Positions 10,830 to 21,799 of a stretch of DNA of 41,020 nucleotides are shown here, piece after piece. This stretch comes from Dirinaria sp. TL-2023a (taxonomy: Eukaryota). Every line of letters starts with the position of its first letter. The stretch's first letter is position 1. The DNA lies in NCBI GenBank assembly GCA_051941275.1, contig JAVEBF010000044.1:1-41020 (forward strand), written 5' to 3'. The position numbers and the translations under genes are program-made. The notes under the pieces were generated by a model, which worked only from the letters and a program-made list of their open reading frames with translations, ran no database searches and had not been told where the DNA came from.

Positions 10830-13639
10830 ATGTCACACGACCAGAATGATGTTTCCTCTGAGTTGGCCTGGAAAGCATACCTGGATGGCTTCAATCCTTG
10901 CCACTTTCCACCACTTCTTGATGAATTGCCTGACCTTCGAAGCGATTTCCATGAGACAGTCGCCAATCTTGATGTGCACGATAGCACCGTCCTCGATTTT
11001 TGTTCTCGCCACAGTCTCGAACTGCGCTGTTTGTTCCAAACAGCTTGGGCCATCGTGGTAAGCTGCTATTCCGGTCTCGAAGATATATCCTTTGCGTTTC
11101 TGGCCAATGACGGCAGTTCCCCAAACGTACAACATGATACCGCCTTCATGTTTCGCACGTATGTCACCGCAGAGCACTTCCTCTTGGACTTGATGATAGA
11201 TATGACCGGGAAATATAATGAGATCTCAGCACATCGAAAGTATTCCATTACCAAAATTCAAAATCTCCTGGGTCTTGAGGGCCAGCCACTCTTCAACTCA
11301 GTTTTACAGGTCCAACGTTCGCCTGCATCACAATCTGGTCAAGCGACGCAGAGCAGCGATCTCCAGGAGGTACGCTTCCCAAACTTTTCACGCTCATTCT
11401 ATCTCCACGTGAGTGCAGCGCTGATTCAGTCATATAGTGCGACATACAGGCCCGAGTATCAATCGAGGATGACGCTCCCATTGCAGTGCGCGTCCGCGCG
11501 CATACGTCCAAGTTCTCAGCCGCTCAGACATCAGATGTAACCCACACGCTAGGAAAGATAATATCTGAAATAGTAAGGTCCCATCCACAAAGCATGATTA
11601 AAGACTTGGAAATTCTCAGCCGACATGAACATGAGAGAATCATGAGCTGGAACAGGCCAGTTCCGAGCTCTGTTGACGATTGCTTTCATCGACTTTTCCA
11701 AGGTGTTGCCCGTAGAGCACCAGACGCTCCGGCGATCTGCTCGTGGGACGGCAATTTCACCTATGGTGAGCTCGACGTACTTTCCACTAGCCTAGCCAAC
11801 AATCTTGCCTATCTCGGCGTTGAGCCGGAAGCTTTTGTCGTCATTTGCTTCAACAAAACCTCCATCGCGTATGCCGCTATGCTAAGCATATTAAAAGCCG
11901 GTGGTGCTTTCGTCGCGATCGATCCTTCGTATCCCGCTAGTCGTATCCAGGCCATCATTGAAGCTACAAATGCCTCCATAGCTGTGACGGAGCCGCCACA
12001 CTGTCATTTGTTTGAGGGGTCCATGGAGCATATCATTGCTTTCGATTGCAAGTTGGCTGATAAACCTTCAGCCACGCCGAATGTGGTTGAATCACGGTCA
12101 AGCCCGTCGAACACTGCGTATGTAGTTTTCACGTCTGGCAGTACTGGTACGCCTAAAGGAATCATGGTTGAACATCGTAATCTTTGCACTGCGACTCTCG
12201 GACTTGCGGCGCCAATGCGAATCAAACCCTCGTCTAGGGTACTCCAATTCGCAGCCTACACGTTCGACCTTAGCTATTCCGAGATTTTTGTCACTTTATC
12301 CCAGGGAGGTTGCATCTGCGTGCCGTCGGAACACGAGAGGATCAATGACCTGGCCGGGGCGATTGTACGAATGAACGTCAACACCGCTTGCTTGATACCG
12401 AGTGTGGCTCGCATGTTCCAACCTGAAGACGTTCCAGGCCTGCAAACTCTTCTGCTTGGTGGTGAAGCACTTGTGCAGGAGAGTCTGGCACTTTGGGGTG
12501 GAAAAGTTTCTTTGACCACCCTCTACGGACCCTCGGAATGTACCATCTGGTGCAGTGCGCAAATAAATATGACAGCTGATAGCTCTGCCAGTAGTATAGG
12601 TCACGGTGTTGGCGCTCTTCTATGGATCACAAATGCCACTAACCACGACCAACTTAGTCCAATCGGATGCATTGGTGAGCTGCTGATCGAAGGTCCGGTA
12701 GTAGCTAGAGGCTATTTGGACGCCGAACAGACAAAGCAGTCCTTTATCGAAAATCCAAGCTGGGCTGAGATCCAGACTGGTCAGCGCAGACGATTCTACA
12801 AAACTGGAGACTTGGTCAGATATAAATCTGACGGAAGTGTGAGCTTTATTGGTCGCAAAGATACGCAGGTAAAATTTCGTGGACGCCGTATCGAGATAGG
12901 AGAGATCGAATTTCACCTTTCTTCACACAACCTTCTTAGACAATCCATGGTAATGCTACCTGCCACTGGGGTACACCATGGAAAGCTTGTGGCTATACTG
13001 GTGCTAAAGACAAGCAAAGAGTCGAGTTCTGGAAAGGGCGAAATGAAAATGGCCACTGATGTTACCAAGCAACCCGCTTCTGCAGAGGTCATGAAAATCA
13101 AAGACTTTATGGTTTCCAGAATACCATCTTATATGGTACCTCAACATTGGATCATAGTAGAAAACATCCCTCTGATGATATCCGGGAAATTGGATCGAAC
13201 ACGTGCGAAGAAATTTGTGGAAAGTCTTGCAGAAGAACCCCCAGCAGAGGCTAAGGTTAAACAAATGCACAAGTACGATCTCCATAGTACTGCAGAGATC
13301 AAGTTACGAAACATCTGGAGCGATGTCCTCCAGAAAGAGGCCACCGATATAGGGGTCGAGACCGATTTTGTAAGCCTGGGCGGAGATTCATTTGCAGCGA
13401 TGGAGCTTGTTGCCCGTTGCAGTGCACAGGGGTATACACTCACTGTGCGTGATCTTCTTGATAACGGCACGATTCGAGATGTAGCTTCCAAGCTCAAGAC
13501 ACCCCGGTCTGAAGACGCTGAAACTGCCGATGATGCCGCGATGGTTTCTAAAGTCCGAGAGTACTCGCAATTGCCATTGAAGTTCCCACCTGTCTGGTGG
13601 GATGTAAAACCAGTACTTTTGGCTTCTGTCAAATGTTGA
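10830..13639 (+). CDS. Single-module NRPS-like protein (truncated C - A - T), about 913 aa, 2 exons
   Basis: Exons 10830-11369 and 11438-13639 (intron GTACGC...GCTGAT...TAG). A-domain cores YVVFTSGSTGTPKG, YGPSE, GELLIEGP..ARGY, YKTGDL, GRKDTQVK, SGKLDR; T-domain LGGDSF. The N-terminus matches the C-terminal half of a fungal C domain (W..YL.G..PCHFP, FQTAWAIV). Confidence 0.92.
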
Positions 13640-13855
13640 TGGTGGAGATGATCTGCCAAGAGATGATTGGGGGACCGTATTGGAACCTGTTCCCCAGATT
13701 TCTCTACCTTAGTGTTCTTCGGTAGGACTCGCAGGCATTAGCAATCCCTCAGCTTCTTCTTGATTTGAAGTTTATTAGTTCAGGCCAACATTAGTCCTCG
13801 CACGCCCATCTTACGAATGCCTCATCCTCTATTTCGATAATCCTACCCTCATAGG

Positions 13856-14078
13856 TTAAGGTACCTTAATTTCACATTAGATAGGGTTACAGCAACCCTG
13901 TGTTTAGGGTTTCTGTAATGCAGGTAAGGTACCTTAAGGTAAGGTAGGGGTGCGGCCTGAATTCAATGTCGTCCTTGTAAAGACTCAGCACGCTCATGTC
14001 AAATACTCCCTGTTACATTGGTGTATATTACATCTTTTATGGTACGCTTTGGAAGGCAAATATACCTAGGTAAGGTAC
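13856..14078. repeat. Cluster of short palindromes built on TAAGGTAC/GTACCTTA
   Basis: TTAAGGTACCTTAA (13856-13869), TAAGGTACCTTA (13925-13936) overlapping TACCTTAAGGTA (13930-13941), and TACCTAGGTA+AGGTAC (14063-14078). Confidence 0.6.
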
Positions 14079-15333
14079 GAGTACAACGTCGGCTTGCATC
14101 TTGGCAACACGAGCCCGGGAGCGGGCGGGCGGCATGCGGCTCGTACCTCAGGAGGATCCGCTGTAACACTCCTTGCCGGCAGGGAGAAGGAACAGGTCCG
14201 CAGCATGCGAGTCATACCGCAGGATGAGAAGCATGGGCAGGAATGAAAAGCATTACGTCAAGCATATATGTATGGGTCATACCACACTACTGAAGTTACT
14301 ACTAACTCTGGCGGCATTAGGTAGGATTCCGTTGACGCTATATGTACGAGTAACCCGCATGACTCGGTCAAGGCTGATGTGGATGATGTCGATCGACGGA
14401 TCAAAGTTCAGCGCCAGCCAGCCATTCGTGGAAAAGTGGATACTTGGAGACACAACCTATGCTTGAGTAAAAAGCGCTTCAACTCGCTCAGAGCTTCTCG
14501 GGGTTCAAGGATACCGGTGGCGTCTTGAAAGGGGATCCTGTATGCTCCTTTTCGAAGTTAAGATCCTGAATGTGACTTGCCAGTGCAGCCTGAATAGCCG
14601 GTACAAGCATCTACTCAGCGGTTCTCCCACCTCCGAGCTTTTGGATGGGGGTTTTGACTGGCAGGCACGGGACACTCATTGCAGGTTCCTACCGAGAGGG
14701 GATATCGGTATTCCTCTCGTGCTGTACCTACAGCAGAGTCCCACCGATTTCCGTAGCTTCGTATTACTCAGTGCAGTGTATCTGCCATCCGTTTCCAGGG
14801 GAGAGAAGCTCGCCCGATCGTCATCAACTGCACATCAATCCGTGTCTTCTCGCCGAAGTCGGTGACAGGTCCATTCCTGAAGCTAGTCACCCAAAACAGC
14901 CTGCGGTGCCTTCCCCTGCGTACGAAGGTGAAGGAGCACGGCATCAGGACCAATGGAACATCAATCCATGCTGCCTTGACAGCGACACCTTCCAATTCGT
15001 AGGGACGCTTGATGGCCGAGTTCTCAAGTTGAGACTGGTCAGTTGCCGCCAGAGATACCGTAGGATGGCTCGAGATAGAAAATGTCATACGAACATTCAA
15101 TGGAAGCGGCAATCCATGTCACAGACGCTCTTCTGAAAGGATACCTGATATCTGTGTTGTGTTACGGCAAGATGTCAGGACTGGTATTAGGATTGGTTTC
15201 AATGAGTATCAATATCTCAGCCAAGACTCTGGGACCCTTCGGACTGTTCTTCAACGCCTGTTCAAAATCTCTATCTAGCTACGTACTCGTATCTATGTTC
15301 AATGTTGGCAGCTGCATAAAGGCTCTGGCAACA

Positions 15334-17225
15334 ATGGAAGTTACTCGTCTGGTTCCCCATTCTGTTCCACTGGGAGAGTCTTTGCCGCCCGGTAACAGAC
15401 ATGTTTGGATTCCTGACTGACTGGGTGACAATTGAGCTTATGTAAAGTATACAGGCTGTAAGCGTTTCGATTCCCACTTGGAGCAATGTAGTACGTTACA
15501 TGGCCGGTGACCAAGAGGTCTGCAACAAACTACAATGCGACTATCCAAGGTACTACACCTGACACCATTGCACTCGGCAAGTATGCACCTCACCAATCTG
15601 ATACGCTTTTACAAGGTTCTATCAGCACGCAAGCGTACAGAGATTGAGTGCCGCTGTTCTCGAGAGAATTGGAGCCCCTGAAAATGTGTGGTGTGTCATC
15701 TTTCCTTCTGAAGATGGCATGCATCGATGCAGCCAGTACCTCCGCAGTAACACAGAAGTCACATATAATAGCCAAGAGATTATATTCAGTCCGGCCCAAG
15801 GTGCATCAAAAGGGAACAATGTCTGGGCACGCTTCTGTGTTGTACTCTGTCCCGTGCAGCTCACTCAACATGCCGAACAATTTTGGGGGGTCATGGGAGA
15901 TGGAATTTCCAGTCGACATGCAGATTATCTACTAGAAAGGCTCCCCTTCATGGACTCTGCATCATCGGAATCTTCTCTACGAACATGTTCGACATCTGGG
16001 AATCCCGAAAATATACCTGCAGACCCTTGGAAAGTCTCGGATGCTGACACTAAACTGAGTATCAAGCGTATGATTGCAGGTTGTCTCAACTCAGAAGGTC
16101 CAAGCCGGAAAGCAGTCACGACGCAGGACATTTTTCTTTATCCCAAGGGAATGTGTGCAATTGGCGCCTTGGCGAGGACCCTCGCCCTGACTTCCACTCA
16201 TTCCTCCGAAGCAGTTATTTTTGGGTCAGTTTATACAAGCTATATTCTAGAATACGTTTTGCATCCAGGACTGAGCAGCTGCAGATGGCCATATGGCTCT
16301 ACCCCAAAATGTGTCCGAGTAAGTGGCTTTGAGCGCTTCACGTTCTACACTCAAGGCACGAGCGAGGGTTTAGACCAACTGGAATCATCACTGGCATCCG
16401 GCCGCTCGATCACCTGTCTCTTCTGCGAAATCCCCTCCAACCCTCTATTGGCGACTCCAGACTTGCACCGCATTCGTAGTCTTGCGGATCAATACCATTT
16501 CACAGTGGTGTGTGATGAGACGATAGGCACCTTTATCAACGTGGATGTGATGCCGTATGTGGATGTCCTTGTTGCGAGTCTTACCAAGGCTTTCAGCGGA
16601 GCATGCAACGTCATGGGAGGGAGGTGAGCATTCTGGAAATCTGGCGTGGCGTCTTTCAATACTAAACAACGCCTGCCACAGCGTGGTCCTCAACGCCTCG
16701 TCCCCGTTCCACGACCTTCTCCACGCCAAGCTGAGCAGTACTCACGAAGACCTCATGTTCCCCCTGGATGCCGAGATCCTGAACCAAAACTGCGCTGACT
16801 TCCGATCCCGAGTCCAACTCGCAAGTAGCACCGCCCTAACCCTCGCCAACCACCTTCGAACCCACGACTCCATCTCCCAAGTCAATTACCCGACCACAGT
16901 CGCCAGCGCCGCCCTCTACGAACGGTATCGGCGCGCTAAGAACGGGGGGTATGGGTCTTTGATCAGCATCGTATTCCGGGATCCCGAGAAAGCCGTCCGG
17001 TTCTACGACGCGATCGATTTATGCAAAGGACCGAGCTTAGGAACCAATTTCACGCTGGTGCTGCCATACTCGCAGGTGGCTCACGCGTTCGAATTGGATT
17101 GGGCGGAGTCGCAGGGGATAGCGAAGCATATTATTAGGATCAGTGTGGGCTTGGAAGATGAGAATATCTTGATCAAGAGGTTCGATGAGGCGCTGGAAAC
17201 GGTTGAGGTTCTTGACAAAGAGTGA
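15334..17225 (+). CDS. PLP-dependent cystathionine gamma-synthase-like enzyme (Cys/Met metabolism family, fungal STR2/met-7 type), about 551 aa, 5 exons
   Basis: Exons 15334-15402, 15455-15549, 15616-16224, 16285-16623 and 16682-17225 splice in frame (1656 nt). Motifs: LGESLPP..HAVSVSIPTW, DYPRF, FCEIPSNPLL, VVCDETIG, PLP-lysine SLTKAFSG, KGPSLGTNFTL, IRISVGLE. Confidence 0.9.
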
Positions 17226-17603
17226 GATGTGTCTCTGGGATTGGCTTGATCAGCACCTACGCCGCACTATGCATCTTGTTTTTTTAAATATCATTGATCT
17301 AACATTCTTTAAGAATAGGAGAGAGAGAAGCGACTGTTCTGTAGCTTAAATAGATATACTACAAAGATGGCATACAACATGCAATGTACTCACCACTCTC
17401 TTTCCATTTCCCAACCTCTGCCATCTCCTAATTCTTTTTGCTCCTTTCATAAAACATTCAACATTCCCCACTTTGCAATCTCCCAACGCTAACTCACCCT
17501 TCCAATAGTAAAACCAGCCCAATATTGCCTTCATTAAACTCTTTTCACTTAAGACGCTCGCTTTTTGTCAGGATATACAATTGTTATATCCTTCCAAAAT
17601 AGG

Positions 17604-17624
17604 AAAAAAAAAAAAAAAAAAAAA
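17604..17624. repeat. Poly(A) homopolymer (21 nt) between the convergent CGS-like and aldolase genes
   Basis: Direct reading of the sequence; lies in an AT-rich shared 3' region. Confidence 0.9.
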
Positions 17625-18001
17625 TATGGGTTGGGCCTCTGCTCTTTTATGTTTAGAGAAGCAGAGGGGGACAATTCAGTACGTGTATAGATCTCGATGC
17701 AGTATGTCTATGTATCTATTTTTGTTGTTGCACTCACTAGTCTTTTTAATCATTTGATTTGCAACCTGTTCTTTTTTTTTGGGATTTAAGAGAACGGATG
17801 TGATTTGGAAGCTAGATTGTACGAGTGTATTTGTGGGGCAGAGCTCGGTTTTCCAGCTGGCCTGTTTGTGAGTTTCTTTTTCTTTTCTTTTTTTTCTAGT
17901 AGAGCCCACACAGCTCACTAGTAAGAAGTTAGAGGAGTCTACTAAAAGAAATATACAAGCGGAGTAAATTCAGCCTGAGTGAACATGATTTAATTTCAGA
18001 A

Positions 18002-19233
18002 TTAAAAACCGTTCATCTCAGAAATATCACGGTTGGTATCGGCACGCAAAACCTCATCGAAGAGCGCTCCCAGATCCCGCACCGCTTGCTCGTCGATCTG
18101 ATGATGACACACGATCCGGGCACTATCCAGCGCAACACCGTACCTCTTCCCGACCTCCACGAGCCGACTCTTCTCAACCCCAGCGGCGGCGATATCAAGC
18201 CACACGATATTCGTTTCGACAGGCTTACTCAACCGGCCTCCTCTCTTGCTCCACTCCTCACCAACCCTCTTCGCGACGCCATGCACCCGACGCAAAGTCG
18301 GATTCTCAATCTCGGCCCCCGTGCCAAAATGCTCGGAGAGCGCTTCGCGCGCCGCCGCGGTGATGACGCCACCCTGTCTCATGCCGCCGCCGATGGCTTT
18401 GCGCGTGCGTCGCATCTGCCGGATCACGTCCCGATCGCCCAGGACCATGGCGCCCATGGGCGCTCCCAGGTTCTTGCTGAAATCGACCGAGACCAGGTCC
18501 ACGAGCGTGCAGTACTCCTTTAATGTCCCCGCTCCCGCGGCGACGGCTTCAAAGAGCCTGGCTCCGTCGAGGTGGGTCTTGACCCGGTGCTTGTGGGCCC
18601 AGTCCCGGATGCGACGCAGCTCGTCCAGGGGTAGGATGGCGCCTGCGGCGGTGTTTTCCATGGAGATGATGCCGGTCGGACATTTGTGGACGTCGTGGTC
18701 GTCAAGGAGGTTGGCGTGCTTGTCCAGATCCTCGACCCGGAGGTACTTGCCGTTGGAAGGTGTGACGGGTTGCAGCATCGCACCGCTCAGGACCGAAATG
18801 CCGCCGCCCTCGGAGGTGATGCTGTGGGACGCGGCGTCAAGCAGGACTCCGCAGGGCCTCGCGGAGACCAAGGCGTGCAGACAGAGTTGATTGGCCATCG
18901 TACCTGTGACCACGAACATGCCATCTTCACGCCCCGTGATGTGGGCGACGTGGGCCTCGAACTCGATCGTCGTTCGATCTTCTCGGAATACGTCGTCGCC
19001 CATTGTCGTTTCTACGATGGCGGCAAGCATACGAACACTGGGACGAGTTATCACATCACCTGCAAAGCTGTTTATTAGCCTGGTTTTAACGTGATGGAAA
19101 GCGATGACCCTTTACTCCTAAAGTCACTTCTTGCGAGGCCCGGACGACCCCATGCAATGGTCCCTTCTAAAGAATTTAGTACCTTCATAGTGGATGGTTT
19201 GACAACGTCGGTGTTTTGCGAGGATTGGGACAT
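18002..19233 (-). CDS. PLP-dependent low-specificity L-threonine aldolase family protein (GLY1-like), about 391 aa, 2 exons
   Basis: Exon 1 19233-19116, intron 19115-19060, exon 2 19059-18002. The spliced N-terminal motif is DFRSDVIT.P. Other motifs: GDDVFRED, TGTMANQL, SMENT, HLDGARL, PLP-lysine FSKNLGAPMG, RKAIGGGMRQ.G. Confidence 0.92.
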
Positions 19234-19304
19234 CTTTGTTTTTCTTGGGTTTTTTCGCTCTCTGTCCCCACCTAGCATTAGAGATGAGGCAGCAGCGCAT
19301 CCTA

Positions 19305-19310
19305 TTTATA
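19305..19310 (-). promoter_or_regulatory. Putative TATA box of the threonine aldolase-like gene
   Basis: TATAAA on the minus strand about 75 nt upstream of ATG 19233. Confidence 0.4.
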
Positions 19311-19702
19311 TGCAGTGGTAAATTGAGCAAACATTGCGAGAATAGCGAGTAACCGTAGGAAGAGCGAATTAGTACAGGGGGCTGGTAAAGACCGGAACGC
19401 TCTCGGGCATCAAGCAATTCGCAGCTGCCAGACTCAGTCAAGAAGCCTTCAATATCGAAATCTCGGAAAAAGCGTGGCTCAGGCCTGAATCAGTCTTGCA
19501 TACCCCTTAGTATCCGCTTTTACTGGAAGAATTTCTTGCTCGTGAAGCTTACGAACTAAGATTGGTCGAAGCAGGCTTAGTGGAGAGCCTGCAAGAATCT
19601 GCTAGGTAAGGTCCTCCTATCTTCTACTTCGCTGCTTAACATATTACCTTACTTCTAAAAGGCTATGAACCAAAAATGCCAGCCACTGCGACTGAATCCA
19701 TT

Positions 19703-21799
19703 CTATGACAAAATGGAAAATCTACACTCTCGTCTAATGGTCTCCGCGATTTCCAGGACGTGAGCTCGACTCTCTCGAGAGAAGACGTCGAAATATGAGA
19801 CCCAAGCGTTCACGCCCGTGCCAGGATCTAGTACACGGTCTCCCTTTTTCAGCCAGCAAAAGCTTGACGAGACATGAGCTGCAAGATCAGGACGGCTGGT
19901 GAAAAGCTCTGCACACACATCTCCAGAGTCGTAAATACCACCCTTCTGCACAGGGATACACAATATGTCACACCAGTACTGTGGCCCTTGCTTGAATGGA
20001 TGTGACAGCTGCTTGATGCGATCTTTGTCATTGACAGCAAAAAGCAAGCCGAGACCCCAATAGTCGACCCCGTACGTATGCTTTGACGCATCTGACGCCT
20101 GGATACCAGGCGGTCGCGGGTTGACCTCGATCAACCAGCAAGATTGTGCGCATCTGGCAGGAGTTCGACGCTCGGCTAAATCCAGGAGGCCCTCCTTCAT
20201 TACGTATTCCATGGTTGAATTCTCTACCCGTGCCTCGATATGGAAGAATCCATTCTTGAAACCCATTCGAAGGAGACTTTGGGTTAGGGATTCGCGAAGC
20301 ATAGCCTGCTCGTGTTTGGGAAGCTTGGACGGGAGGACAACGGCTTCTTCGATAAAGGTATTCACGCTGCCATAGCTGTTCACGTCCGCACCCTTAGGAA
20401 AATCATCACAAACCTCGACGAAGACTATTTTCTCATCGCAAAGCACCACATTTGCATCCACTTCTGGGCCATCGCAGTACTTCTCAATAACGAATTCAAC
20501 GCCGTGGCGGTCAGTGTTTATACCCTTGATACCTGCCTCGAGCTGTCCAAAATCCTCGATTCGAAATACGCCCTCAGAGAGAAAGCCGTTGGTAGGTTTT
20601 ATAATTAGTGGAAACTCAAGCCCGTGTTCTTGTATGATGTTAGAAGCTTGCTCAACACTTGACGCTCGATAAGCGCGATGTCCTTCCGAGACACTCGTCT
20701 TAAATTTGTCAGTGGAGATACTGTACGCCGACGGGGGCTCTGTCAGCAATCCCAGTTGTAAGGCAGCTTCAGCAACGTAAGGCTTGTAGTGGTCCCGGAA
20801 TGTCACGATACCGTCAAGATGACCTTCGTACGAACGCACTGCATTCACAATATCGCTTGTAAAGTCGGGGCTAGGATTAAGCTCGAGCTTGAGGGGGATG
20901 AATGTTTTGTACCAATGTGTATAGCGGGTATCGCGAAGCCAATGTCCAGGATTATCGAACACAACCATGTCGATGCCGAGAGCTGCAGCGGCTGAATATA
21001 TGCTTTCGCCGACCCCCCCGTTATCAGGGCCAGTACGACCGCCTTCGACGATAGCGAGAGTCTGGCGACGTGGCTCTTTCATAGCCAGCCAAGGAAATGA
21101 CAGACGATCCTCTAATTCACAGTCCAGAGAATTTGAGAGCGGCTTGAACGAGTCGATGCCGGTTGATTGAACGGTTTTCAAGATCATACCTCCCACAGAT
21201 GCTGCAAAGACATTGGAGAGTTGGTGCAAGTTCAAGATAGCGATGGGCTTCCCATCGAAAAATTGATGAGGCTTCGAGAAGCTTACAACGTTTGACACCA
21301 GCGCGCAGTCTATCAGGCGTAGCGGGATGATGTCTGACCGTACAAGATATCCAGTAGATCGTGGTACTACTAGTGTAGCATTAACGACTTGTCCGTGGTC
21401 GGCGTGCTTGAGGCAGTCGAGCAGAAAGGGGAACGCTGCTGTGGATCCAAGGTCTTGGGGCTGAATTCGGTGTTGCTCATTTGCAGACAGCTCAGCCAAG
21501 AGTGTAGTATCTTCTGCGTTCTCAGCCCAGGAGAATTCGGGAGATCTGGAGATCTGTTTGAAGGAGGCATGGAAAGATTGCCATGCTGGAACGCCTGACT
21601 CAGGGACGGTGGTGTCGCTTGCCTGCCAACTGCATCGATATCGGGCTGCATCGACATGTCTTGTAAGCGAAGTAGACAGGTTCGAAGCACGGAAGAAACA
21701 ATAAAGAGGAAATTGGAATTGCAATCGAAACGGGGAAGACAATTTTCACTAACCTTCGCCTTGATTGTCTCCTCCTTTTACAATAAGAACGCCCGACAT
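19703..21799 (-). CDS. Fungal ATP-grasp ligase (L-amino-acid-ligase-like, FsqD/AnkG type), about 662 aa, 2 exons
   Basis: Probable short exon 1 at 21799-21754 (MSGVLIVKGGDNQGE), intron 21753-21646, exon 2 to 19703. ATP-grasp motifs: TDKFKT, FPLIIKP..GFLSEGV, IEKYCDGPEVDAN, GFFHIEAR, LIEVNPRPPG. The 5' exon is less certain. Confidence 0.88.

Noticed and set aside
14018..15136. Several overlapping 70-160 aa ORFs between the NRPS-like and CGS-like genes (possible seventh gene or missing NRPS release domain)
   Set aside because: No C, TE, R, transcription-factor or transporter motifs in the frames I read, and no convincing splice model. A small or decayed gene cannot be excluded without RNA-seq.
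18086..19094. Long plus-strand ORFs antisense to the threonine aldolase
   Set aside because: Shadow ORFs expected opposite a GC-rich coding sequence.
1453..21799. Identification with known clusters (mycophenolic acid, cichorine, fumisoquin, NK13650)
   Set aside because: Each shares only one or two enzyme types. The prenyltransferase, methyltransferases, P450s/oxidases and cyclodipeptide synthase those pathways need are absent from this window.
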